Counted from the stretch's first letter, positions 1 through 13,442 are shown. The stretch is 64,000 bases of DNA from Raillietiella orientalis (GCA_036172245.1 JAYWIR010000015.1:3038001-3102000); one strand, 5' to 3'. Notes: generated by a model not told the origin, from the letters alone. Numbers and translations: made by a program.

Positions 1-143
1 TGTTCGGTGAAACTGAATTCGAAGTTTCCGATCGGCCGAAACTGCTTAAGCTGATTGCTCTTTGCATAATCTCCACTCGGTGCTGTGTTTTGTAACCTGG
101 TGCGCGCGTACTGCCGCACAAAAAATGAAAACGAAGAAGGAAA

Positions 144-146
<3 letters not shown>

Positions 147-174
<28 letters not shown>
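147..174. repeat. (AG)14 microsatellite
   Basis: Uninterrupted AG dinucleotide run read directly from the sequence. Confidence 0.95.
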
Positions 175-180
<6 letters not shown>

Positions 181-3100
181 AGGGGGAGGGGGTGAACCGC
201 GAAAGACGTGATCACGTGATGCGAAACTCTCGGCCGAAATTGGCCCAACGCGATCATCCAATTATGTATTTCCTTCACCCCCCCTCCCCTTTTCCCTCGT
301 ATTACGAAATAAGCAACTGAATAAACTGGGGCCGGAGGATCATTTCAAGGAGCTTCAAGACTCAAAAGTGGGCACCCTCGTTTCGAAGAAGCGTTTTCCG
401 AAGCCGCGGGGAAAGCCCTGGACGAACGGGTGTGGTCGCCCACACAGAAATCGCCGAAATGGGCCTGCAAACTCGGACCGCCCGCCCCCGTGCACGTTGG
501 ACGGTTTTCAGTAATGGCGGCGCCAGGGCGACCCTTCGCGTGGACACTTCGCGCGCTCTCAGGTCGCGGTGAGAGCGGCTCACCCCGTGAACGAGGCAGG
601 TGAGCGCCCGCGCTCCATGCGTTGCCGTGTCAGCGTGCTCACGGAAGCGCTGAACCCATCCATTCATGCAGTTCCCCGTTTCAGGACCCCGGCGGTCGTG
701 ACGAGAGGACGAAAGAGATTTTCTGGTGGACCTTGCCGCCTACGATGCTCCTGCCGGGCCTGTGCGAATTCCAGACACTTTTTTTTTTTTTTGGCTTCTC
801 GCACTTTCGATGCTGAAGGAGAGTCTCCAGGTTCGTTGCTTATCCGTTGCCATGGAGCGGAAAGCTGCCTGTTCGCCGTTGGACTTGCGATCGTCTGCAT
901 TCGGCGAATCGCCTGCGATCGGGCCGCGGGATGCTGGAAAAGCAAAGGGAAAGCCGAAGACTCTGTTGAGCTTTTCGGCCCAAGAGGATTTGGAAAAGCA
1001 GATACGAAAGAACTGTCGGGGACCATCCGGCGCGCGGATCTTTACCGGCAAGATTTCCTTGCTGCAACTCCTAGAAAGGAGACGACCTGGTGGGCAGGTT
1101 GCCATCCCTCTTTCCCACCTCCCGCCTGGCCGTCTCCCCACATTTCCAAGCCTTTCGTCGTGCTCGCTTTGCCTCGCGAAGACACGGTTCCAGCGCAGGA
1201 ACCACGCGTTGCCAGAGCGAACTCTCAAGACCGAGCGTTCCTGGGCAAACGGAAGAGAAGCAGCTTCATCTGGCTGCGTGCCGTGTGGTTCCGCATCGCA
1301 CTGCGCAGGACTCGGTTCTGAGCGCAGCACGGGACGCGGGAGGGTCCCGAAGGCGAACGTGTGCCAGCCGGACCGAAGAGGAGGAAGGAGGGGAACAGGG
1401 CAAAAATTGTTCCCAGGACCTGCCGCGTAGCAGGCGACGTGGAGGCAGCTGTGTGAGAGCGCGGGGACCCAGTCTGGACCTCGGCAGGAGTTCGTTTCCT
1501 CCACCCTGAGGACGTCTTTTTTTCCCTTGGGACTTCTGCTGATCCCGGCGTAATGGCTGCCTTGAAAAGTTTGGTAGCGAAGACAAGGAGCATTCTTCAG
1601 AAGTGGATGGAGTGCGGGGAAGGGAGGGGGGAGGGGAAGGTTCGATTCGCCCTCAGATCGCAGACTTTCAAATCCACGGGCGTCGAGGTGGACCGAGAAA
1701 AAAAGGTTCAGGGTCTCCGAGGAAGAACCAGGCGTGCGGACGGATCGTCCATCGGGAACATCGGTGGGCGAAACCTCGGATGGCACCCGGCCACCTTGTT
1801 GCTTGATCTCCATCAGCAGGAGCTTCGGCGGTGTTCCAGGGGCCTCGCCAAGTCGCTTCATCTTTGTGCTGCGGAAGCAATAACAAAGAGACAGCTTGTC
1901 GGCTGCCGCCTCCTCTCTCGATTCGAGGGCGGGGGCCTGCGTTTCGAAGGGAAGGAACGCGCGCGGCCGGTCCTCTCTGGCGAGAGCTTCGTCCCCTTCG
2001 ATCCCGTCGCCCGTTGCGTTTTCAGTGTTGTGAAAACACTACAGATGCTGCTGAGTCATTGGATAAATAGACAGTGGCGTTGGCAGCATCGTTCGGACGG
2101 GTCTGGTGAAACGAGGATTTGGCGGTTTGCTGGGAAGTCACGTGCCGGAGGGTCGATCAGCTCGAAGCTGGGCCGCGGCAGCAAGGGGGTGGTGGGATCG
2201 ATCGGCAGTTTCCTCCGCCGGCACGTAACGCCCCGGGGAAAGATCCCCTGCGCCACCCGAGGGAAGCGTCACGACGGTGCATTGAGCACCGATCTCGGGT
2301 TTCGCAGACGAAGGTCGTACGCTTGCGCCGGCACCAGCCTTCCCGTCGACCAGCCCACCTGAAGCCCCGTCGAGGATTCTGGAAGGACAGGGAGACAGCG
2401 AGCGCCCTCGGCTCACGGTACGAAGCTCCTGGTGCTCTGGGTGGAAGGGGTAGGGTGGTAGGGTGCGCGGCTGCCATCAGGCGCCAGCGAGATCCGAAAC
2501 GAAAGCAAGTAAATGGAAATCAAGGAACGCTGAAGATGCCGGGGGTTCGGCCTTGCTCCTCCAAGAGAGGATCCTCGTGTCTGCGCCTCAAGTATCTCGC
2601 CCGAAGCTCACGAACACGGTCGAGCGATTACGAGGATACCTCGGAAGAATTTGCGCATCTGTATGTGGCGGCATTCGGGCACGGCACCGCCAGGGGCAGC
2701 AGGAAGGGGGCGACTCCGGGCCTTAGCTGGAGTTCCATTCGTTCGCTGCCGCGAGTTTTCCTCGGGATCTGCAGGTGCGCTCGGGACCTCCTCTCGATCC
2801 TTCCGCGTGGTTCGAAATTTCTCGCGTTCTTTCGCGAGATTCCTCGGATTCCCACCGCCTGGTCGCCCCTCGATTCGGAGGCTGCGTCGGTCCGTTCTCG
2901 GGGGGATGCGGCTTCGCTGAGCTCCCACCGTGATTTGTCACGAGCATGCTCGGAGGAAAGTGCACGTTTTTCTTCCTGAGGTGTGCGTGCGCGGCTGCCA
3001 TCAGGCGGCAGCCTGAGGTGGTGGGAAAGGTAGGTAGGGTGGACTCAGTCCGTTCCGCAAGGTTTGGACGCGGAACCACGGTCGCTCCCGCCCTCAGCAA

Positions 3101-6100
3101 GGCACACGGAAGACGCCGCCGGGTTTTGACTTCCAGTCACTGCCGGCTCAGCTGCCACGAGTTGGTCCCAGGTTCTTGGGGCCGGCGGCGTTTTTGTGTG
3201 GGATTCCTCACCCCCCTCCTGAAAATTCCCTTCCCCCTATTTTCCTTGCGACGGCTTTCGACGGGATTTGGATTGACTGGTGGTTTCCCGCGCGCGATGC
3301 CCGGAGGAAGGACCTCGCCTCTTCTCGTCGAAATGACCGTGCGGAGCGGAGAAGCCTCGGTGGCATTCCGAAGGGGCCGTCGGTGACCTCCGTTCGCAAG
3401 ATGATTCAGGGACAGGCTACTCGGAACCTATCGGGAAAGCGGGGAACTATTCAACGAAGGCAGAGGGGGCACCACACTCGATTTGCAGAGGGTGAAACCG
3501 CGGGCCAGGAGGACTTCCGGCTGGAACGCTAACGCTGGTCTCAGGAACACCTCTCTTTTCCCTTGGCTGTTGGGTGAAACAGATGTTGGTCGCAACAAAG
3601 ATTCGTCGCGGAGTCTTTCCATTTTTTTTTTTTTTTAGTCGCTCTGCCGAGAAGGCACGTACTTTCCGCGCATGCGTATCCGGAAGATGAAGAGAAGAAT
3701 CCGTTTCCAACCTCACACGAAGCGACTCCCCGAGCAGTTCAGCAGCCCCCCCACCCCTGCGGAGGGCTGCGTTCGGGACCGCTCAGGAAAGCACTTGATA
3801 AACAAAGAGGAAGTCTGCGTGGCGGCTGGCGAGGCGGGCCCGAGGATTGCAGCCACCTCGCAAAGGCGGAAACAAAGCAGTAGCCGTTCCCTTCGGGAGC
3901 TGCCGGTCGGACGGAGCCGAGGCGCTTCTCCTACCCCCCTCCCCTTTTTTTAAGGAACCATTACCGGGGGAACAGCTTCGGATGGCAGTGGTTCCGACAG
4001 CTCCTGCCGACCGGTGGTGCTAACGGGCATCTTTACCGACTCTCGTCCGCTCGAGAGGAGGGAAGAGAGGGAAGAGAGGGACGGAGGAGGGGGGGGGCAG
4101 AGAGGTTGCCTCCGCGCCGTGGGGCGCTAGCGGAAAGCCCTATCGGTTCGGCAGAAGTGGGGAAGGGGGAGCCAGAGCGCCTCGATCGACCTGGCGAGAG
4201 CGCGAGTGGTGCGCGCGTCCGCTCGTAGATGGCACTGCATGTGCTGCCGCAGCGGCGGAACAGCGCGCGCGTGCCGAGCTTCTCCGATGCGGGCTTGCTG
4301 GAGCGAAGTGCGCGCGTTGCCCAGGCTCATTTGGGATTCATCGACGTGCTCTTACGTCGAGGGGGAGTGTTGAATGGGGAGCTCCGGGCGTGACGGCTGA
4401 ATAAGTTCATCCTCTGAAGGGACGGATTTGCAAACCCTTCGGCCGGCTTCTTCGGGCGTTTCGCGCGCTCCATTTGTCGAGATTCGGGAGCTCGCGCGAA
4501 GATCTCGGGGTTTTCGAGTCTGCCCGCGCGCTCGTTGGTATGGAGGAGTTAGGAGAGGTTCCTCCAGGGAGAATGAAAAAGAATGCTTTCCGGGACGAGT
4601 CCTGCGATTTCAAGCGAGCCCGCAGTTAGGGAAGGTGTAGGGAGCGGCACGTTCGCCCCCTCTTCGGAGAAGGGTGGCAGACGTCACTCCCCCCCTAGCC
4701 ATCGCGCGCGTTCGGACGAACGAAGGCGCCTCCCAATGTTCGCATGCTCCAGGGGGGTCACTCCACCCTGCCCTGTCCATGCACTGCGGAGCGGAGGGAA
4801 GGTCAGCGGAGAGAGGTCGGGGTGAGGGTGAGGGTGAAGTTCCGGTACGGAGGGTTCTCCAAAGGAACCCCAGGGCTTCTTTGGCGTGGACGAGGGGAGC
4901 TCCGGATCCTTAAGGGTGGTTTCCAGTGGACCGACGGAAGGGATCCTCTCTCCATGCACCCTTATGGGATAGGACGAAGGGGAACGCGAACGCCTCCTCC
5001 CCCGCTGTGCCAGGTTTTGCCGCTCCTGCGTGCAGGCGCTCTCGGAGGCGGGTGGCCAGTGCCTCCTCCTCACCCTGCTCCATGGCCCTCGCTTCTCCCA
5101 CGTCTGGATGGCGATTGGAGGGAACGCTGGCTGGATGCTCCTGGTGGTCGCTTGGGGACGACTCCTTCTCCGGCTGGAACCAGCAGGGAGGGACGTTGGT
5201 GGGAAAGGCGGAAGGAATAGTGGAAATTCCCTGCCTCGTTCGACTTGGGATTGAAGGATGTGGGGGGGGGGGGAGGGAAAGGGATGCGAGTCTCACACCA
5301 CTTCGCCTGTGGGAAGAACTTCAGGCTGACGTGGGGACCGGCTGTGAGCGAGGCATTCCAGTGGTTCCACGCGACCATGGAGACGGCTGCGGCGCCTGAA
5401 GGCGCTGGTTCCTTGCATGGTGCCGGCGGCCTCCGATTCTCCACCATCGCCGCCAGGGGCGCAGCCGTCGTTTCCTAGCCCTCCGTCTGCGGCAGCGTAG
5501 CGAAGGGGAGGAGACTCTCCGCTTGGTTCCCGACCGGGGGCACGTCGCCGTCGCCCGATCGTCACGCAAGCGAAGGGACGCACGTCCCGTCACGCCTGGG
5601 CGAGCGCAGGCTTCGCCAGCAAGGCCGTGGCAGGGGCGTGGTGACGGGAGCAGCTCGGAGGAAGAGAGAAGGGATCGCGCGCGCGCCCCTCCTGATCCCT
5701 CGTCCCCGATGCACCTTCCATGGGCAGGGCGGCGGCGCGCGAACATTCCTCATCTTCCTGGGCGGGGGGTTTCCTTCGTTCCCGGGAGGGACGTCGTCCC
5801 TCACCCGCCCTCCCGGACAGGCGGGTGCCTCGCCCGCCCCTAGCGGACGTTTTCGGAGGTGGCCGGTCGTCACCCACCTGCCAAAAGCTTCCGACCCGGC
5901 CATCAGTCAGCAGCCGGCAGCTCCGGGCCTTTGGAGGCCGTGCGTGCAACCTGCTGGCAGCTTGGTGCGCGCGACACCAAGGCCCGCCGCATTCCTGCCC
6001 ACCGCTGCCCTCTGGTGCGGCAGTGGCTCAGGTTGTCCCCACCCTTCCCCTCGAGCCACACTCCGCGTCCGCTCTCTCCTGCTCACTCTGCCGACCCGGC

Positions 6101-9100
6101 CGTGCATGACCTGTCTGCCGCGCTCGTGGCTTCGCGGTGCCGGCGCTTCCCTCGGGGGGTAGCCCTTCGCATCGCCCTGATCTCCAGGCGGCGGAGGGAA
6201 GGACGGGGCTTCACCGAAGGGGGTCGAGGGACGCCGCGGCTGACGTCCGACCCCCCGGAACGCTCTCGAGGTCGCCCCGAAGGCCGCTCCCTCTCCTCTT
6301 TTCCTCCTCCTCCCTCCATTTCACTTCTGGAGCGGCTTTTCGACGGACCCGAATCGCACGCATGCTCTCGGATGCCTCCCGCGCAGCATCCCCTCTCTCC
6401 GGACCAGCTGACTCTCTGCGGACGAGTGGTGGCGAATCGCCTCGGGCGCGCTTGGTTCCATCGGAGCATCTCCGACGCGCGGACGCGCATCATGGCATCT
6501 CATGAGGCCTCGTGGGTCCGTATCTCCTCTGGGGCGGCGGCCCTACGATTTTGCTTCCTCATTCCTCTTCCACGGGACTGCGCGGCCCCGAAGACCCCTC
6601 AGCTGCCTTTGCCTCCCCCCTAGCGCGGTTTCCCGGAATTGGAAAAATGCTCCTCGTCCTTCTTTCGTAGCTCCCTCGGGCGGGAATTGGCGGTCAGCGG
6701 TGCCGCCGGAAGCAGATGCGACTCCCTGAAGGCTCTGCCCATCCGAGCGCGTCGTGCTGAGGTCCTCCTCTCCCTCCCCTTCCATCCTCCTTCATCCTCG
6801 ACTCCCGCCGGGTCAGCGGCAATAGCGTGTCCTCGTGTGAAGGAGCATCAGTGGGCCCGCGAAAGGAGCGAGCATTCCGAAGGACCCCATTCGCAGAGAG
6901 GCCCCATCGAAGCTCCAGGGACGGCAGGAACAGCAGCAGGGCATGGGAAGCGTCCCCTGCTCTCTCGTCTCCTTCCCCCTTCCCGCCGGGATCTTGCGGG
7001 CGAGGGCGGGAAGGTTCGTGGCAGCGGTCTGCACCCGCCATGATGGAAGACACCCACGCTGCGGTTCCGGGCGGTTCGAGCGCGCCTCCGAAGCCCTCAG
7101 GCGGGGAAGGCACGCGGCACGGTCCTCGGGGTCCGTGGGCGAAATCTTCGTCCTCCTCCCCTCCCCCATTCCACGTTCCCCTCGAGGCCGCGGGCACCAA
7201 GCCATCGAGGAGACGGCCGAAGACATCCAGTCCGAGGAGCGTCCATCCAGCCATCTGATAGGGGTTGAAAGAGCGAGCAGTGGGTTCGCCGCGGAGAAGG
7301 CGTGACCGGCGTGGCGCACACCTGACGCGGAGCAATGCGCGACGGAAAAATCACGGGCAGGCAAGGAAGGATACGGCTCGGGATATGCGTGAAGACCTGT
7401 TCTCTCATCATCTCCGCGTTTCGAAGGTACCCACTGCGCGAGTGCAGGAACACGTGCGTATCGGCTCTGTCGGCTGACGTCACAGGAATCGTAGAGCCGC
7501 AGAGGTGCGTCTTCGTCTCGCTCGTGGCTCCCTATAATTCCCCGTAGGTTAGCAAGTTAAACGAAATACCTCCGTTAAAAAAGGACAAACAGGGACAGGA
7601 AGAAGGGAAGAGCGAGGAAAAGAAAAACCAGATGTCAGCAAAATGCAAAGCTGACTGTAAAGTTCATGCAAGTCATGAGTTCGTCTAATGAGTGCCAATT
7701 AAGTCTCCTCCGGAATGAGATATCAGCCGCTGCGGATGCTGATGCAGCTAATCACTCGAAAATTATCCACATCACTTATGGAGCTAACAAGCGTCGCTTT
7801 TCAAACGAGTCTCCTCCCTCCCCCTCAGCCTCCTCCTCCTCACGTCCCCCTTCAAAAGAAAGAGCGAGAGAGGAGGAGAAAATTTTTTTTTCCGTGGAAA
7901 GCTGCGTTCGAGTGCCTCCGAGACCCTTGGATAGATGGCACCCTGACCTCCGTGTGGTTCCGTCACGACTCGACGCGAATTCCCACCGAGGCGAAAACAA
8001 AACGCTTGCCCTCCTCTCTCCGAGACGGGAAGATAAACCATCGAGTGCGCCTCGCCAACCAGAAACTATGTGCCTCCCTGCACTAATTGACCATCGCCAG
8101 CAGGCCTCCCGCGGTCGCACCAGCCGCATGATCATTCCGCCATGCTAGCCGGGCGCTTCACCGCGAGCGATCGCTTCCAGCAGCGCGCGTTTCTTCTTGC
8201 TGGACCTAAAAAGCATCGTCTGACAGCGGCACCGTGAGAACCCGAGCACGGAAGCTGGAGGAGGAAATCCCGAAAATGGCGAATCGAATCGGCAAGCGAG
8301 AGAATTATTTATCCAGGCGCACGCGCACCCTCACGAAATCGCGAAAGCCTAAATTTAGCCATCAATCACGTTGGAGACGTCCGGAGAGCGATGAGGAATT
8401 TCCAGGTCGCAAGCTGCTTCTTTTTTGCGGGCACGTGTCACTCCGCCCGAACAGGATGTGCGGCTTCTCCCGTCTGCTTCCGCGCCTCCTCCGCGGACTT
8501 TGGCGCGCCTTCCCCTTCCTGCTCCCCTCCCTATCGATCCGGCGGCGATTGTCCCGGCGGCATGCCGGAAGACCCTGCAGCCCACCGGGGTCCCTCGGAC
8601 GGCCGTGCTCTCCCGCCGCCGTACCGCCCGGTCCGCGCACCGGGAAGGAAATCCCTGCGACGCCGAAGATGCCCGTTCTCGGGAAGAGGCGAATTTCCCA
8701 GGAGGTCAGCAATCCGGCGCCCACGAGGGACGTTCGGAGGGGCTTGCGCAGCCGAACGGAGCGGTAAGACTTCTGGCTGACCCGCCCCCAGTAGCTTCCC
8801 AAGGTCCGCGAGCGCCGATGCTGAAGTCGCCCTCGCTGCCCACGTGGGCACTCCCGGCGTCGCCCCACGGGTCCGACGCTCCCGTGGATGGAGGGCGCTA
8901 CGCCGCCTACCCACACGAGGAAGGGGAGCCCTATTCTTACGTGGGCAGGCGGCACGAGATGCGCTAAGGCCACGAGGGATCCTACGGGGAGATCGCGCTG
9001 CATCCCCCCCGTTTTGCTCCCCCCTTCTGCCTTCCCGGCTCTCGACGGAGATACCCGGCAACGGGACTCTGCGGGCCAGGAGCGCCCCCACCACGCTGGT

Positions 9101-10008
9101 CGCGGAGGCTGCGGCGGGCAGATCGGGAGGGAGGTTTCGTTGGCGCGTGATTCGCCGCTGCGCCCTCTCGCGGACGGGGGGAGGCAAATGGTGGGGCTGT
9201 CGATCCCGCGGAGCAGATAGACGCACGCAGAGCGAGTCCGTCACCCTTGGCAACGCGGAGCCGAGACCTCCTGGGATAGGTTTTTTCTCCTTGAGGAGGT
9301 GTGGCCCCCGTTGCCGAGAGCGAGACCTGCCATTAGTCCGCGCCGGTCAGCTCCGACCGAGGGGTGAGAAAACGCCAACCGTGGAAATTCGGGACGGACC
9401 GTGGGGCCCCACTTTTTTGTGTGTTTCCTTTCCCTTCTTTCTCCTCTAATTGGCTTCTTCTTTTTTTTTTTCCTCTCTCTCTTTCGTTGTTTTTCCTGTC
9501 CGCTCGACTCGTAGGCACCACGTGACCTTGACCGGAGGCTCTCCTGACGAGACGAGCTCACGTACCCCGCAGCCGGTCCGCGTCGCCGTGCACTGCTGTC
9601 AGGTCGCCTGACAAACCCGGCCTCTGCAAGGAAGGGGGGGGGGGAGGAGAAGGAACTGACGACTCTTGAGGCCCCACGGAGTGCCTGCGAGAGAGCTTCG
9701 TTGGGTCGATCGCGTTGAGACGATTCCAGCGAAGCAGGGAGGAGAAAGGAGGCCGGGAAAAGGGGCAGGAGGAAGGGGAGGGAATTGGTTTCCGCACCTA
9801 TCCCCCCTTTTCGGGGTCCCTAACGAGCCGGCGGGAACGTGGCGGTGGCCTCGCGAAGCCTCCGGGGATGCGAGTGGTCAGCTGAGAGACGCCGCTGCCC
9901 TTTCTGTAGTGTCGCTCCCACTCAGCTGCCCCGCTCTTTAGAAAGGGAGCTTCCAGCCCGCACGGGATAAGGGAGTCCAGAAGGGACGCGGGATGGAGAA
10001 TCCTCTTT

Positions 10009-10530
10009 TCCACGCATGCCACTCCCGCGATGGGAAGCCGCCTCAAGTGCAGGCCCCTCTTTGGAAACGCGGGATGAAGGGGGGTATTCATGGAGATTAA
10101 GTGAATGGAGGGAGGACATGCCCTTCTTCCTCTCGGCGGCCTTCCCGACCGTCCGTCAAAGACATCCTGGCTCACGGATGACCCCTGACTGTCAGGAGGG
10201 GCATGCATCTGACCTTCCCTGGTCGTCCGTTGCCCTCGGGGCATGAAGGCCCCTGACTCTAATGAGACCACTGGAGGCAGGTTTGCCCGGGCCATTCCGC
10301 TCTCTTTCGCGGCGGGAAGAGATTTGCGGGAGAAGTCAAAAGTTGTCCGAGGGGGTCCGACAACCCTCCGTGAGAACGGCGGCGTCTTCGAGTCAGCCTT
10401 CGCTCCCCTACTCCGGTGACCTCTTTCGAGAACGGGACGAGGGAGGAAGGGGAAGGAGGAAGGAACCGTTTTCCCGGAGCGACGTCCGCGGCGTGGCGTC
10501 CGCGGGCAGCTCGCGTGTCAAGTGGCTCGA
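10009..10530 (+). repeat. Inverted repeat arm A (left copy); partner at 13621-14142
   Basis: Line-by-line reverse-complement comparison gives 2 mismatches in 10009-10498 (positions 10385, 10390) and 5 in 10499-10530. The ORF track agrees: 10262+ and 13889- both begin MRPLEAGLPGPFRSL, and 10295- and 13856+ both begin MARANLPPVVSLESG. Confidence 0.97.
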
Positions 10531-12540
10531 GCGCCTCCCTCCCTCCCGCCACCGTCCGTTTTCCTCTCTTCTCCAGGAGAACCGAGCGCTACCGCGCTTC
10601 GTGGGCCGCGGCGGCCTCTCCCAAACGCAGAGCCCTCGGGTTCGCGCGTGGTCAGAGGGCAGGGGCCCACGTAAGGGATGGGCCCGCAGAAGCAGTCGAC
10701 GCCGCCGGGACCGTTCCGAGGGCCGCTCCTGGTGCGCCTCCGGCCGCTACTTCCCCCGCCGGCGAGCGTCGGGAACGAACCCAGGGGAACGGAGGGATGT
10801 TCGTCTCACCCGTGAGAGGACATGGAACGGGGACCAGGGATAGAGGAAGAAGGGAAGGGGAGGACGCCATCTCCGCGCGTTCCGGAAGAGCTTTTCAGGA
10901 CCTCTGTGAGAATCCCATCCGCATTCCTCTCAGGTTCAGGAATAATTCTGCGGCCCCGAACGCGTACTGAGGAATGGACATTCGGGCGGGGCAGAGCGCC
11001 TGGTCGGCGGAGCCGGCGTCGGGGGCCGCCCCGTGTTTCCCTGCGGAAAGAGAGATGAGCGCGGGATGCTTCATGGACGAGCGGCAGTGCACGTCAGGGA
11101 AGTCATTTGGAAGCACATACGGTGAGCCTGCACCCTCAAGAGCATGCGGTCTTGCAGCATCCGTTTCTTGGAAACCCTTGAGGCAAGCCCATTCTTTGAG
11201 GAATCGTCTCTTCCCCCCCCCCTCCTTCTCTCGCTCTCGCAAATCGTGGGTCGTGGCGAACAGGACCAACAAGAGGGGTTGCGAGGAGTGCGCAGGTGTG
11301 CCCCCGCCAGAGCCGCTGGCAGACTCCGAGACAACCGGAGGAGGGCGCTCATCCGCTCTCCCATCTATCTCCTCCCCCCGCTCCCTTCGCGGGCGGCTTT
11401 GCGGTCGCGTCCGTCCGCTTCTGGAGGGTGGTGCGCACCTTCAAGGCCCAAAATCGGGGTGGATAGTGGAGGGGGCTGGTGTGAAGGGATGCCTCATACT
11501 GCTCCCCGGAGGGGAGCAGGAAGGACAAGGGACCCTGTGCTTGAGGCGGACGGAGGGGAAGGAGCGCTTCTACGTTCCTCCCAGTGCCACTCCCGAGAGG
11601 GCACCCCCATTCGTGCTGAGAGGAAGGCGGAAGGGACCAGAGGTCGGCAATGTCTGAGGCGCTTCTTAGGGCCGAACACAGGGAAGAGTTCGGGAAAGCG
11701 GTCCTGTCTTTCTTCCCCTCTCCCGACTCAGCCGCCATCCTCAGGGCAGGGTCCTCCATGGAAGAGCGAGCGGCCATCCACGGGGGAGGTGGAGCATTGG
11801 GGACTGAGGTGGTCTCCTCCTTCCGGAAACCGTTGCCACGGCCCGAAAGATGTGGATGACGGTGGGAGGGATAGAGGGACAGGGATCCGGAAGCCGTTAG
11901 GGATGAAGCCCCCGGGACCGAAAGGGAGTGTGGGGAATCCTCCTGGAGGCTTCCGCCCCTCAAAGAGAGAAGGGGCTCGACTACCCCACTTGGATGGAGC
12001 TTTCCGGATCTGCAACGCTCGGGACGGCGGGTGTCTGCTGGGGTTGACATTCACGGTTGCGAACCTGCCGTGAATGACTCTTGGTAGAACAGGGAGAAGG
12101 GAGCGGCACGGGAAGAGGGAGGATCCTCGGGGGTGGAACGGCGCTTGGCCCCTCGTAGGTAAAAGGAGGAAGAGAGGGGAGAGATGGGAAAGGGCACTCC
12201 GGGTTGTCCTTTGGATCGAGGGGAGATGGGTCCGGAGGAGATGGCATGCTAGCCCCTACCAACTCCTTCCTACTCGTACCCGTTCAAGAGGTGGCCAGGA
12301 ACGTCTAGCCGGGATTGGTCAGAAGGCTCCCAGTTCCGTCGAGCGGACCTGACGCGGATGGAGCTGGACTCCAACTGCCCCCAGGATCGCCATGGTGCCT
12401 TTGAGGTCTTCCCGACCCTTCGGCGGGGAGAGGGTGCCGGTTCCTACATCGCGCGAGGCTGATCTACTGACCTGCGTTTCTCGCGGGCTCGCTCGCAATA
12501 ATTCCAGCCTCTTCCAGGAGTCATCTGCCAGAGTTCCTCA

Positions 12541-12789
12541 TCGGAAGGGGTCTTCTCAGGCTGCAGCTACTCCTTCCTGGGCCACCGCCCCGCATAGCTC
12601 CAGGATCACCCCATATGAGTGCCGAACAGCGTGCTGTCCTGCGCCCCGGGCTTTCCGTCCACCCCTTTCCTCGTGCTGTCCGCTCCTGCGGTTCTGACAG
12701 GCTGCAAGAAGAAGCGGCGTTCCTCCCAGGACATCGGCGCGCAGTGTCGTAACCAAGCAACGAAGTTCCCAGGATATCCTGGGGTGGTC
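12541..12789 (+). repeat. Inverted repeat arm B (left copy); partner at 13443-13624
   Basis: The reverse complement of 13443-13624 aligns to 12541-12702 (7 mismatches in the first 123 nt, more diverged after that) and then to caggatatcctggggtgg at about 12771-12788, skipping about 68 nt. Confidence 0.93.
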
Positions 12790-13442
12790 TCTTCTGTCCG
12801 GCGCTTGAATGCTTCGGACCGATCGGGCCCTTTTTCCATGCAGCAACTGGTCGCGGGCACCTCGAATGTTCCGTGACCTACAACCGGGAGGTCGTGAGGG
12901 CAGGGCCGCGAATAGCCCTCCGAAAGGGGCGCATCCTGAGCTGAGAGCCGGGCCTCCTGGGACTTCCGCGGGAGACCACACAGGAGGAGTCTCATCGCGG
13001 CATCGAAAGGCGAGGGAGATCGCCGATCTTATCGGCGCCGAGGATCTCCTAAGGTCAGCGCAGGCCGAAGGTCCCACGAAATCCGACGAGACGGCCGGTG
13101 GTAGCCACCGCCGGAGGAGCCTCTTCCTCGTGCCACCTCTGCGGGGGGCGCAGAGGGTGGCTCCGAGATCGTCGGCGGGGTATGGAAGAGAGCCCTGCAT
13201 GGGAGAGCAGAATCCGGAACTTCCGTTTCCGAAGGCGCTTAGCTGGGAGACACCCTCCCGAGTCTCCAAGGATCTCCCTGACCCACTCCGCTGACCGCCG
13301 TGACCCGTAGCAGAGCCGGACCGTGCAATCCATCGGCACGCGCAGACAGTGCACTCGCATAATGGATGGAGCATCCCGAAGTTCCTACATGACGGTGGAA
13401 GGAGGGATGGAGGTCGGGAAGGCGGGAGGGGTAGGGGAGACG

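Noticed and set aside
1..250. Short tcggccgaa / gaaact motifs and the palindrome acgtgatcacgt, reminiscent of DNA-transposon subterminal repeats
   Set aside because: Truncated by the window edge, with no partner terminal repeat, target-site duplication or transposase.
5382..5470. 10-bp inverted repeat gacggctgcg/cgcagccgtc as a MITE or pre-miRNA
   Set aside because: The stem degrades beyond 10 bp, there is no second copy in the window, and this is plausible by chance at this GC content.
6004..6018. CTCF-like motif (GCACCAGAGGGCAGC on the minus strand)
   Set aside because: A single near-match in 64 kb of GC-rich DNA is not distinguishable from background.
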